DNA from: Bdellovibrionales bacterium
Lineage (GTDB): Bacteria > Bdellovibrionota > Bdellovibrionia > Bdellovibrionales > UBA1609
DNA: 64,000 bases
Reading direction: 5' to 3'
Assembly: GCA_965261545.1 (NCBI GenBank)
Contig: CBDHDF010000011.1
Span: forward strand, 352,001-416,000
Within the stretch, counting starts at the first letter, position 1, and the number at the start of each line of letters is the position of its first letter. The translations under genes and the position numbers were made by a program. This document shows, in pieces, positions 19,933 through 32,463 of this stretch. The notes beneath the pieces were generated by a model that worked only from the letters and a program-made list of their open reading frames with translations, was not told where the DNA came from and ran no database searches.

Positions 19933-21815
19933 GAGCCTGTAAACTATTTTGTGTAACTGCCGAATCATATTAGGATGAACTATCATCCTGAAAGGAGAAG
20001 GCAGAATGGATATCAAGACAATAGGCAAGGAACTAGCGAAGAGCGTCAAGACCCAAAAGGATTTATCCGACATAACGGGTCAACTGATGAAGGTTGTTTT
20101 AGAGACAGCTCTTAATGCGGAAATGGACGATCACCTAGGTTATGAGAGGCATGAGAAGTCTGAGACCCGCAAATCCAACACTCGCAATGGTTACAGTAGA
20201 AAGACCATAAAGGGAGAGAAAGGCGAGGTGGAGCTTCAGGTCCCCCGTGACCGAAGTGCCTCCTTTGAGCCCCAAGTCATTCCCAAAGGCAAGACTCGTC
20301 TTGAGGGCTTTGAAGACAGTATTCTGACCCTCTATGCGAGGGGAATGACGACCAGGGATATTCAAGGAGCTATCAAAGACCTCTACCATGGTGCAGAGAT
20401 ATCCCACTCAGTGATAGCCAACGTGACGGATGCTGTTATTGATGAAGTTACGGCTTGGCAGAACCGCCCCTTGGATAGCACTTACCCTATCGTATTTTTG
20501 GACTGTATCGTGGTGAAGGTCCATCAAGACAAGAGAGTTATTAATAAGGCGATTTACCTAGCTCTTGGTATTACAGAGGAGGGTCAGAAAGACTTGTTGG
20601 GCCTATGGATTTCTGAAAATGAGGGTTCAAAGTTTTGGTTGAGTGTTTTGACTGAGCTGCAAAATCGAGGGTTGAAAGACGTATTTATATTTTCTGTAGA
20701 TGGTCTTACAGGTTTTCCTCAAGCCATTTCAGCGGCTTTTCCCAAGTCTAAAGTGCAACTGTGCATTGTCCATATGGTCCGCAATTCCCTTCGCTATGTT
20801 CCTTCCAAGGATATGAAAGCTGTCGCCCAAGACCTCAAGTCCATTTATGGCTCTACGACTCTGACAGAAGCTGAAAAGGCCCTTGAGGAATTTTGTACCA
20901 AGTGGTCTTCCAAGTATCCGAATATTGAAAAGTCTTGGCGTAGGAATTGGGACAATCTCATCACTATTTTCGATTATCCGGATGAAATCAGAAAGATTTT
21001 TTATACCACAAACGCCATAGAGTCGTTAAATAGCGTGATCCGCAAGGCGATCAGAAATCGTAAGATATTTCCCAGTGATCGGTCGGCTTTAAAAGTTGTA
21101 TATTTAGCGATAAAAATGGCCTCTAAGCGATGGACACGACCATTACACAACTGGAAGCCAGCCATGAACAGGTTTGCCATTGAATACGGTGACCGTTTTG
21201 ACAACTAAGTTTTTTAATAAATAAGGTCCCCTTATAAGAGGGCTTAAAAGCCCTCTAAGGCGTTGACAGAAATGCTGGAATACGAGACTATGGTTAAGGT
21301 TAATATAGTATGGGAACCTAAATACATGCCCTCTTGGGCAGACTTGGGTTTCCATTTTTTTTCATATTTCATCCCAATGCTGGTATTTCTCGAATATCCC
21401 AAGTTAAAAAAAATAAAAAAAAGGGGGTAATATAGTATGGGAACCTAAACACATGAACCCTTTGATGAGATTGGAATTTCCATTTTTTTGAGAGAGCTAT
21501 TGCTGATTTTTTTCCAACCAAGATGATAATTATTTATTTGAGTTCTTTCCAGTTCTGATATGATCCCATTACGGCTCCATAATACAATCAAAAGTCCAGA
21601 GTAACTAAAGAGGCCAATTATATAGACCAGCGAAGATGTCCACCTCCCCATTAACTTATAATGCATTGTGACTGACAAAATCGCTTGAAGGAAAAAATGT
21701 CAATTATACATTGACGAATAATATGGGGCTGTGCTTTTTACCAGGAGTGGAGCCACATAAGTGGCTTTAAGATTTAAGAAAAAAATTGCAGTTACACAAT
21801 TATTTTTACAGTCCC
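19933..21815 (+). mobile_element. IS256-family element; transposase 20006..21208
   Basis: IRs GAGCCTGTAAACTATTTTGTGTAACTGC / GGGACTGTAAAAATAATTGTGTAACTGC; 8-bp TSD GATTTAAA; motifs RNGY, VPRDR, QLCIVH and YTTNAIES. Confidence 0.96.
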
Positions 21816-22643
21816 GATTTAAATCATAGACCTCTTGTTTCTTTTCTTTTTTTAAAGATCCAAGCTTCATACCAACAATAAACTCGCTTTGATCCTCACT
21901 GAGTTTGTCAGTATTAGCCTTTGATAAAAGCCCCCTATCAGCCACAAAAATGAAACGGCGTACATTAAACTTTTTTCTCATTTTATCAACAATATCTGAA
22001 AGCGTCTTGCCTTCAAAAGTATTACCAGGGAAAACCTCAAAACCTAAAGGGATGCCATCCCGATTCACCAACAAACCAAAGACAACTTGGGTGCAGTCTG
22101 ATCGTCTCTCTTTACTATAGCCAAATTGACGAAGTTTCCCTAAGTCTGTTCTTGTACTCTCGAAGCGTAAGGTTGTTAAATCATACAACACAATGTCTAC
22201 TTGGAAATTAAATAAATCTCGCCCCACCCAATAAAGCGAGTTCTCTATTTCATCCTTATGGGAGGCAAGTAAGTCCATAGACCGATAAATATGCTGGAGA
22301 CTCAAATCACCCTTAATCATGTCTGGGTAAAAAGATTTTTGCCAATACTCAAAAACCTTTAACTTGGAACTAGGAGCAATAAATCGGCTGGCAACTAAGG
22401 TAAAAATCACCTTACATAAATCAAATTGAACTTTCTCATGAGAATCTTTTATGTCTTTGAGGGTCTTATTGATACCCAGTTGATCAAACAACTTTTGTAA
22501 AATCAGCAAGGGACCCAAAATGAAAGTCTCTTCGATGTAAAGCTCCTTAGCCAATTGACTCACAGTGAGAAGCTCTCGGTGGCGGGATACGGCCTGCGCC
22601 AAACTATTAATCTTATCCTCTCCTCCTTCTCCAGCCTTACCTA

Positions 22644-24789
22644 GTTCCTGTCCAGGGAAGAAAGTTAAGTAGTTTTAAGTATTTACATGCCTTCCCTTTA
22701 GATTTTATGCTTTAAAATGGAGTCCATCAAACATAATCCGTGTAAATTCAGTTACTTACATAAAACGGAAAAATAAAATAAGTTCCCCCCCCTCTCTTGA
22801 CGAACCTTTCACAGCCCCTCCCTTTCAGTGACTTATGTGGCTATCAACTGGTTACTTGATATGAGAGGAAGAGTTGGATCAACCTGTGTTTCCACCGTGG
22901 TGATTTCAAACCTCCTTCAGGGAAATAACATTACGTTGCGCATCAACTTCAAAAAATACTTGACGTGTTTTTTCAGAGAAATAATTTTTGATATTTTATT
23001 CTTCATTTATTTTTTATGTAGGTTTTAGGAGGCGTGGGAACCTCTCTATGAGGTAGAATTCTTATCCATGTTCTCCGAGAACCTCTCTGATTTTTTTCTT
23101 CTTAAAAGACATCCTTGCTCACTTTTTTCCCTCAAAAAAACGTATGTTAATATAAAAATTAAAGAGAAACTTTCACCAAAGGGGGGACTATGCGCCATTT
23201 GAAGAAGACACAGTTGGGACTCTTTTCCCAATATCCTAACCACCAACTCAGTACAGAATTGCAGCAAATTAATAACATCATTGATCGCCATCCAGAGTTT
23301 GCCCATATGGTTCATGAAGACCTTGTTAAAGAAAAGAAAGATTCTGGTGATATTGGTATGACATCGGAGCAAGTTCTCAAGGTGGCTATTCTTAAATCCA
23401 TAAGAGGTCTTTCCTATCGTGCGTTAGCCTTTAATCTTGTCGATTCAGTATCCACCAGAGCTTTTCTGGGCCTTGAATTGGAAGAAAATTACGCTCACTC
23501 CACCTTACAGGACTTGATTGTTCAAATAAGTGAAGAAACTTGGGGAATTATTAGCGCCTCTTTAGTTTCAGATGCAAGAGATCAAAAGATTGAGCCGTGT
23601 AAGAAAATGAGATTGGACAGTACAGTGACGAAATCAAATATTCATCATCCAACGGATGCATCGCTTTTATATGACTGCATAAGAGTTATAGAAAGAGAAT
23701 TTAAAAAAGTTCGTAAAAATGTCATGAAAGATTTTTGGCGACTTATTTCAAGAGAAGATCTTAAGAGAGCAAAAACCTTGCTTTACAAAATTAATAATTC
23801 CAAAAATGATGCGGAAAGACTACCTTGCTATAAGGAGCTTTTAAAAATCGCTACCAAATTGAACAAAGGATTACCTGATACCATCAGAAAGATAAAAAAA
23901 GAACAAAAATGTGTGAAGATGAATGCTTTGAAAAAGAGTCTAAAACAGTTAGAAAATGTTGCCTTCTACCTGGAAAAAATCATCTTTCAAACTCAAAAAA
24001 GAGTTATTGAGGGGAAAAAAGTATCTTCTGAAAAAAAGGTCCTATCCATCTTTGAACCGCATACAGACATTATTGTAAAGGGGCAAAGAGAAGTCGAGTT
24101 TGGGCATAAAATCTTTCTGACCTCAGGGCAAAGCAACATGATTTTAGATTGTCAGATCCCTGATGGCAACCCCGCAGACTCTGATATGTTTTTAAAAGTT
24201 ATGAATTCAGTGACACAAACCTATGGGGCTTGCCCTGTAAAAGTAAGTGCAGATGGTGGGTTTGCTTCAAAAGAAAATCTTGAAGAGGCCAAAGAGATGG
24301 GGGCTAAAGATGTTTGCTTCCCAGAAAAAAAAGGAATGAAAATATTAAAGATGGTTAAAAGTGCTTGGGTCTTTAAAAATCTTCTCAATTGGAGAGCCGG
24401 AATAGAGGCTGTTATTTCATTCCTTAAGAGATGTTTTGGTATGAGAGTTGCTTACTGGAAAGGGCATGATGGTTTTAAGAGGTATGTAAAGAATGCCGTT
24501 TGTGCCTATAATTTTGTTGTCTTGGCAAGACATGAATTATCAACTGTCACCTAAATTTATCCATTAGGAATAACAGCAATGGACCAGGTCGAAGGTGCTA
24601 AAATCTTCCAAAGGTAGGGGTGCGTCTTCAAATCGAAAAAACTAGGGCGCAAGTCGCTTAAAGACCTTTTTCCCCTTAATCTGTAGAGTTTGTGTGGCAA
24701 ATCTCCAACTCTCACTCCCCCATTGAGGCATTGGGAGGCTCAATGGGGGAGTGTCAGAGAACAAAAAATGGGCCTTTCTGGACAGAAAC
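22644..24789 (+). mobile_element. IS5-like/ISNCY DDE element, copy 1; transposase 23190..24554
   Basis: Ends GTTCCTGTCCAG...CTGGACAGAAAC with flanking TACCTA duplication; motifs RLDST, HHPTD, EFGHK, ADGGF and RAGIEAVIS. Confidence 0.92.
24714..24753 (+). terminator. Strong hairpin near the IS5-like right end (also at about 32368-32407)
   Basis: CACTCCCCCATTGAG...CTCAATGGGGGAGTG. Confidence 0.5.
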
Positions 24790-25078
24790 TACCTAAGGAC
24801 ATGAGCATGCGTTTTTTGGATTTGCCTTTTTCTCTGTAGGACTCCACAAGGTGGTAGTAGCACTGACCTTTTGAGTTTTTAGTCGTTTGGATGTACATGA
24901 GGATATTTTCTACATATTTCTATGATATATCAATATTTAAAACGATAAAATCCTATTTTGTTTTCTACACTTTTTTTACGTCAATTTTAATTTTTCCAGC
25001 AGCTACCATTATATTTCAGTACAACCCCAATTTCTGGAAATTTCGCATTTTAACGCAGATGCTGCTGTCAAACTCGGG

Positions 25079-25120
25079 ACGTACGTGTCTGTGAGGGGCA
25101 GTGGGGGAAGCTCCCACTGT
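25079..25120 (+). other. Probable group II intron domain V (3' half) and domain VI remnant
   Basis: ACGTACGTGTCTGTGAGGGG is followed by the hairpin CAGTGGG-GGAAGCT-CCCACTG, resembling the CACGTACGGTTCTG..GGGG plus D6 pattern. Confidence 0.55.
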
Positions 25121-26528
25121 TGTTAGGCGCCAATTAAAATTGGCCATTTTTAGAAGCCGTCGCCAATGAAAAACGGCCAGTTGATGATGTACTGATTTAG
25201 TTATTCTTCGTTCAGAGTTTAGTCAAGTGTCTTTATTTTGCTCATCATTTAACTCGGACTATGGCACAAGATTCTGAGGAATGATTTTCTGCCCACCACT
25301 TTTGGCATGACCCCAAATGCATCCTTCAGCCCTATGGCAGAGGTAAATGGAGTATTTTTCAGGATTCCTTGGCGCAGCTAATGTCTAAAGCTCCGCGAGA
25401 GTGACGAGCAAATAGTACGGTAAAAGCCAGTTATCCATAAATTTATCCATGGCGACACTGCGGCTGTGACCCCGATGTCTAGCAACGCAGTGCTGCTGTG
25501 GATAAATTTTGTGGATAACTGGCGAGTTCCTTCCCCAAAAGTGGGGATCTCTAATGAACTTCTTTGGTTGAATTTTCCTCTTTGCTCTGTTTAGACTTGG
25601 CTTTTGCCGATTCGGTTCTCCAACTTTCTTTTCCTTCAATGTTGAGGGTTTCACAGTTGTGAATGATTCGATCAACAGCAGCAGCGGTGGTAATAGGGTT
25701 AAGAAACACCTTATCCCATTCAGAGTATGTTAAGTTTGTAGTGATCATGAGACTTTTCCTTTCATATCGCTGAGATATGAATTGAAAGAAAAGATCTGCC
25801 CCCTCTGTGCAGGAAGCTGTATAGCCAAGTTCATCACAAGCAATAAGATCAAAACGGTCTAATTTCTTAAAAAGAGCATTCAATGAGAGTTCTTTCTTGC
25901 TTTCACGCATTGTTTCAATAAGTTCATGAGTGGTGACCCATAAACATCGATAGCCTTGTTCACAGAGTGAACGAACTAGGGACATGGCCAAATGACTTTT
26001 CCCCATTCCAAAGCTTCCGTAAAACACAACATTACAGGCTTTTCTGACCCACTCTCCCTCTGCCATCCGATTAATTTGCTGAGCTGTCACTCCCGTTCTT
26101 TTCTGGAAGTTATAAGTTTGGAGTGATTTAAGTTGAGGAAGCTTGGCCCCCTTAAGCAATCTTTTCACTCTCTGGGAATGCTTGTCAGCAAGCTCATTTT
26201 GAACGAGTATACCTAAATACCAATGCCGTTTCCTTAAGAAAAATCTCTTGAAATCATTAGATAAATCGACAAGAATAAGACTTGTTTTATTTTACACCCA
26301 ACCCTCAACCAAGGAGTAAGTCACATGCAATCCAATATTGATCTCGAAAGCCCCCAAATGACGAGTTCGCGTCACAGATGACCATTTTATTCTACCAAAA
26401 CTTGATTCTTCCTTCAAGCCAGAGCACCTTGTCGATCCAGAAAAACAAAAAAGGAATCGAAAATTTAATCCTCAAATTTTCTTTTTTACCATTATCTATC
26501 TTATTTCCGGAACAAATTACGAAGGCTA

Positions 26529-29500
26529 CAGAAATTCCCGCCGAGCTTGAAAAAACATTGAAATTCCTCCAAATCTCAGTGTGAGAATTGCACTGCATCG
26601 AATAAGGTAAACCTCCCCGTCTTCGCCATTTAGAGGCGAATGTCCAGACTTTAGTTTAGGGCAAATACGTTAAACTCTTTGGGGCACTTTGAGAAAAATG
26701 GCTGCTCATGATGTGTCGAAAACATCTGAGGCAGCAATAGGCTTAATCCCATAAGCCATTATGGCGAGGAGTTCCTGCCAATTTTTAAAGTATAGGGTAT
26801 GGAAATACCCCCTCATATGATCCCATAGATAAGATAGTCTCCTCTCTTTTTCTACCGCCTTTTGAAACAATTTACAGGCCAAATGTTGAAGTTGGTCCAC
26901 TAAAAATACCAGCATCATAATCACGGCTAAATTGTTACACAAATTTTGCTTGCCGTGGCCAAAATTGTGCTCAAAGTTGTAACCCAAATTCTTTAACGTA
27001 TTAAATGTTTCATTTTCTATCTTCCAGCGTGCTCTTCCCCCCCTCATTATTTGCATTATGTTGTCTTCGTTGATCTCAATGTCAGTCACCCAGCTAAAGT
27101 GCTGAACCTTACCGTTTGCTTTCGTTTCTTTGTATTCAATAAAATTCACTCGACAATCAGGATTTGAATCATTGAGTGAAACATCATTTATGAATCGAAA
27201 TTCATGTGTCACTCCATTCTCTACCACGGTGAAGTGAGAAACTGTTCCTAAGCTATCTGCTCCATTTACAAACTCAAATAAAACTTTGTGGTCCCCCATC
27301 TTACAGCCTAAAATACCTGAATTTCTGCCCAGAAGTATACACCAGGTTTCTTAAGGGCGTATCACATGGTTTTTGAGAACATTTGAGTCTACTGATCGTA
27401 ATATTCTTTCTTGATGTTTACTTAAAGTCACAGATCTAATAAATTTATTTTTCTTTTTATTATCACAAAAATAAACATTGTACATATCCTCTAAATCTTC
27501 AATTGCTTTTTCTGACGATATATCTATGCCTTTAGATTTTAAGTTTAATTTTAAAATTGATAGTATAAGATAAGATAAATAGCATATAAACACGTGAGTC
27601 TCCACACGTTTTTTTAATCTAAATCGAATAGGCCTTAACTTTGATACTCCCTTAAGAGTACGAAATGCTTTTTCTATAATATCTTTATCATAATAAAGTC
27701 TTACCATATCTTCATCAGGTATATTTTTAGTACAAAAAATACATGAGTATCCATCAAATTCTTCAGCATTTTGAAGTACGAATTCTCTTAATTTTCCTGT
27801 AGAAGTTAAATATTTATCAAGACCGATCAAAATTTCTTTATTTTCATTTATTAATTTCTGAGCTTCCACAATTTTGTTTCTTCTAGATTCTTTAATCTCT
27901 ATTCTCTTAGTCTCATTATAACAAATGGCTAATTTTCCTTTAATCGATCCAAATTTGTGTGGAATTCCTTTGACATAAATAACATTTCCATTTATTTGAA
28001 CCATGTTAGAAAATTGATCCATAGACCCCTTCTTCAACAATTTTCTAATGGCATTCTTTTCTTTTTCTCTCATTGTTAATCCACAAAGTGTTTTCCAGCC
28101 CATTTTACCTATAGAATTTAGGTTTTTTTCAGAGGTGATGCCTCGGTCATATACAAATAAACCTGAATTCAATCGGTACTCACTAAAACTATCTGAAAGA
28201 GACATTAAGGTTCTACTGTCATGAATATTTCCCTTGAAACTTTTATGAAAAACTGGGATGCCTTCTTTTTGAGTTGTTGCTAAACCTATTTGTATGAGGT
28301 CATTTTGACGTTTGCCATCTTTACTCTTTCCTTTCTCTCCAAAACCACATGTTTTTCCATGAAAATAAGTATTTGTTACATCGTAAACAATTCCTTTTGA
28401 ATTTAATTTATATATCTTCTTTACATTGTTAAAGATATTTCTTTGATATTCATGTATCTTAGATTCATTTAGATTATCCATGGCTGAGACTAAACGATTT
28501 TCTGTTAGCTTGTCTAAACCTAAAAGAAGATTTAAATCTGTACGCTTATACCATGATGGCATTTTGTGAACACTCTTATAATCCATACAATGAGCATAAA
28601 CCATACTTAATATTTCATTAGAATATTCTCCTAGAATATCTGGAAGATTAATCTTCTTCGCAATACTATGAAATACAAGAAGTGGGCCATAAATTTTTAC
28701 ACTATCAACTTGAAGATCTTTTGATGAAAGAGAAATTACTGTTTCACCGTCGACTTCTTTGCCAAGATAACGAATGTGTTTTTGCACAGACTTACCATCA
28801 ATCCACTTATTTTCAACCTCAGCTAAATAAACTTGACCGTTCTTTTTCTTTATTCTTCTTATAAAACTCATTTCACCCCCTTTGTCATGGTGTATATTTT
28901 ATACACCATTTTTGAGAAAATGAAAATAGATTTTTTATTAAAATCTAAGAAAAAATTGAATTTTCCCTTTGAAAATGAGATTTTTTCAAAATTTTTGAAG
29001 AAGAATAATCCTGGTGTATATTTTTAACCATGAATTCAGGTAAAATATAACTTAATTTTAATTCGTTAAGAAGAGTGATGTGAGGAGCATTGGAAGCCAA
29101 TCCATCCTCAATAACAATCACTGGAAGGTGAGGGTGTTCCCTGCGAAAATCTTCAAGGAGTCGTTTGGCTGCATTACGCTCACAATCATTTTTGCTCGAT
29201 CCATCTGTGTTTGAAATGGGCTCTGGAGCAATAGGTATAACCTGTTTCTTATCGGGGTGAACAATCACTCCTGCTAACATTTGATGATAGTAGGTCTTCG
29301 TCTCATCACGATGATTCTTTATACAACAATTCTCACAATGAATAGTCGAGGAGCTAAAGGCACCTGTTCCATCAATGCTGAGAAGATATTTTCCACCCAA
29401 ATATGGGTAACCCTCCAAAACCTTCCCTCTTTGAGCTACGGTAAACAAAGATTTAAAAAAATTTTGAAACTCACGGGTTGGAACAGGATCTAAAATCTCT

Positions 29501-29903
29501 CGCATAGCCGTATCACTAGGAATTTGGCCTATTTGAAACAAATGGTGTAGGTTGTTTTTTGCCACTGGGTCATGGACACGATCACAAAACTGAAGCATGG
29601 ATGGATCTTTCAAGGCAAACATTGCCACAGATGACATAATGGCATCGCTCAGAGGAATCCTATGGGGACGCTGCGATCTTATATCTGGAACTGCAAGAGA
29701 TTTACTGTGTAGCAGGGAATACATTCCTGAAGCGGATAGACCTTTTCTAAAATGTTGATGCGACATGACGAACCCTCCTTGGTCTGATGTGCAACAACAA
29801 ATATTCAAACAGATACTTAGGCAAAAGTCTACGAACTCTTTTTGAGGCGAATCTTTTGGAAGCCACTACTGTGGCCTAAACTATTTTTCGACGGGAATTG
29901 CTG
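26529..29903 (-). mobile_element. DDE (IS4-like/ISNCY) element interrupted by IS1634-B
   Basis: IRs CAGAAATTCCCGCCGA / CAGCAATTCCCGTCGA; 9-bp TSD CGAAGGCTA. The ORF halves 28945..29808 and 26706..27299 correspond to 54619..55989. Confidence 0.93.
27316..29040 (-). mobile_element. IS1634-family element B; transposase 27351..28871
   Basis: Imperfect IRs CCTGAATT...TATACACCAGG; TAAAATA duplication; motifs YDVTNTYF, GKSKDGK, YDRGI and IEKAFRTLKG...LRPI. Confidence 0.9.
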
Positions 29904-30298
29904 CGAAGGCTACCAAATCGCTCTTAAGACGGTATGGACTCATTTTGGTGACCTGCTTCTCATGCCAGTCAAAAGCAGTCTCAGCAAGATACGTCAAAGT
30001 ATTTCTTACCTATTTTTCAAAGATATCTTTGAATCTCTGATTACAGACTACGAACCATTGAGAAAAACGTTTCATGGTTTTTATATCTATGCCATAGATG
30101 GCGACCAATTAGCACTTCCTCGCTCTAAAGATCTTTTAAAGGAGGGTTATTGTGGGTACCCTTGCCCAAATGAGATGGAAACTCATTTCTTACGTATGTA
30201 TCTATCTCATGCTTATGACGTTTTATCGGGTGTGACAAAGAATCTTTGCTATTCTCCCGCCCTCAACGAAATCGCCAATGCTATTCAAATGATAGGTA

Positions 30299-32443
30299 GT
30301 TCCTGTCCAGGGAAGAAAGTTAAGTAGTTTTAAGTATTTACATGCCTTCCCTTTAGATTTTATGCTTTAAAATGGAGTCCATCAAACATAATCCGTGTAA
30401 ATTCAGTTACTTACATAAAACGGAAAAATAAAATAAGTTCCCCCCCCTCTCTTGACGAACCTTTCACAGCCCCTCCCTTTCAGTGACTTATGTGGCTATC
30501 AACTGGTTACTTGATATGAGAGGAAGAGTTGGATCAACCTGTGTTTCCACCGTGGTGATTTCAAACCTCCTTCAGGGAAATAACATTACGTTGCGCATCA
30601 ACTTCAAAAAATACTTGACGTGTTTTTTCAGAGAAATAATTTTTGATATTTTATTCTTCATTTATTTTTTATGTAGGTTTTAGGAGGCGTGGGAACCTCT
30701 CTATGAGGTAGAATTCTTATCCATGTTCTCCGAGAACCTCTCTGATTTTTTTCTTCTTAAAAGACATCCTTGCTCACTTTTTTCCCTCAAAAAAACGTAT
30801 GTTAATATAAAAATTAAAGAGAAACTTTCACCAAAGGGGGGACTATGCGCCATTTGAAGAAGACACAGTTGGGACTCTTTTCCCAATATCCTAACCACCA
30901 ACTCAGTACAGAATTGCAGCAAATTAATAACATCATTGATCGCCATCCAGAGTTTGCCCATATGGTTCATGAAGACCTTGTTAAAGAAAAGAAAGATTCT
31001 GGTGATATTGGTATGACATCGGAGCAAGTTCTCAAGGTGGCTATTCTTAAATCCATAAGAGGTCTTTCCTATCGTGCGTTAGCCTTTAATCTTGTCGATT
31101 CAGTATCCACCAGAGCTTTTCTGGGCCTTGAATTGGAAGAAAATTACGCTCACTCCACCTTACAGGACTTGATTGTTCAAATAAGTGAAGAAACTTGGGG
31201 AATTATTAGCGCCTCTTTAGTTTCAGATGCAAGAGATCAAAAGATTGAGCCGTGTAAGAAAATGAGATTGGACAGTACAGTGACGAAATCAAATATTCAT
31301 CATCCAACGGATGCATCCCTTTTATATGACTGCATAAGAGTTACAGAAAGAGAATTTAAAAAAGTTCGTAAAAATGTCATGAAAGATTTTTGGCGACTTA
31401 TTTCAAGAGAAGATCTTAAGAGAGCAAAAACCTTGCTTTACAAAATTAATAATTCCAAAAATGATGCGGAAAGACTACCTTGCTATAAGGAGCTTTTAAA
31501 AATCGCTACCAAATTGAACAAAGGATTACCTGATACCATCAGAAAGATAAAAAAAGAACAAAAATGTGTGAAGATGAATGCTTTGAAAAAGAGTCTAAAA
31601 CAGTTAGAAAATGTTGCCTTCTACCTGGAAAAAATCATCTTTCAAACTCAAAAAAGAGTTATTGAGGGGAAAAAAGTATCTTCTGAAAAAAAGGTCCTAT
31701 CCATCTTTGAACCGCATACAGACATTATTGTAAAGGGGCAAAGAGAAGTCGAGTTTGGGCATAAAATCTTTTTGACCTCAGGGCAAAGCAACATGATTTT
31801 AGATTGTCAGATCCCTGATGGCAACCCCGCAGACTCTGATATGTTTTTAAAAGTTATGAATTCAGTGACACAAACCTATGGGGCTTGCCCTGTAAAAGTA
31901 AGTGCAGATGGTGGGTTTGCTTCAAAAGAAAATCTTGAAGAGGCCAAAGAGATGGGGGCTAAAGATGTTTGCTTCCCAGAAAAAAAAGGAATGAAAATAT
32001 TAAAGATGGTTAAAAGTGCTTGGGTCTTTAAAAATCTTCTCAATTGGAGAGCCGGAATAGAGGCTGTTATTTCATTCCTTAAGAGATGTTTTGGTATGAG
32101 AGTTGCTTACTGGAAAGGGCATGATGGTTTTAAGAGGTATGTAAAGAATGCCGTTTGTGCCTATAATTTTGTTGTCTTGGCAAGACATGAATTATCAACT
32201 GTCACCTAAATTTATCCATTAGGAATAACAGCAATGGACCAGGTCGAAGGTGCTAAAATCTTCCAAAGGTAGGGGTGCGTCTTCAAATCGAAAAAACTAG
32301 GGCGCAAGTCGCTTAAAGACCTTTTTCCCCTTAATCTGTAGAGTTTGTGTGGCAAATCTCCAACTCTCACTCCCCCATTGAGGCATTGGGAGGCTCAATG
32401 GGGAGTGTCAGAGAACAAAAAATGGGCCTTTCTGGACAGAAAC
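30299..32443 (+). mobile_element. IS5-like/ISNCY element, copy 2; transposase 30845..32209
   Basis: Near-identical to 22644-24789; flanking TAGGTA duplication. Confidence 0.93.
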
Positions 32444-32463
32444 TAGGTAGTTTTGAGAGTAAT

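Larger units (their letters stand above)
17696..25078 (-). mobile_element. IS1634-family element A; its transposase (ATG about 24898, stop 17767) is split by IS4, IS256 and an IS5-like element
   Basis: A 26-bp perfect IR, CCCGAGTTTGACAGCAGCATCTGCGT. Motifs YDLTT, GYSKERR, VADRG and LWKIEDAFGELK..L.TRPVFHW are spread across the fragments. Confidence 0.92.

Noticed and set aside
25427..25522. oriC or plasmid origin from the DnaA boxes
   Set aside because: The boxes are internal to multi-copy IS elements, with no dnaA or rep gene nearby.
29842..30327. Independent 161-aa CDS (likewise the novel C-termini of 2331..3785 and 56960..58555)
   Set aside because: These are chimeric ORFs across IS junctions.
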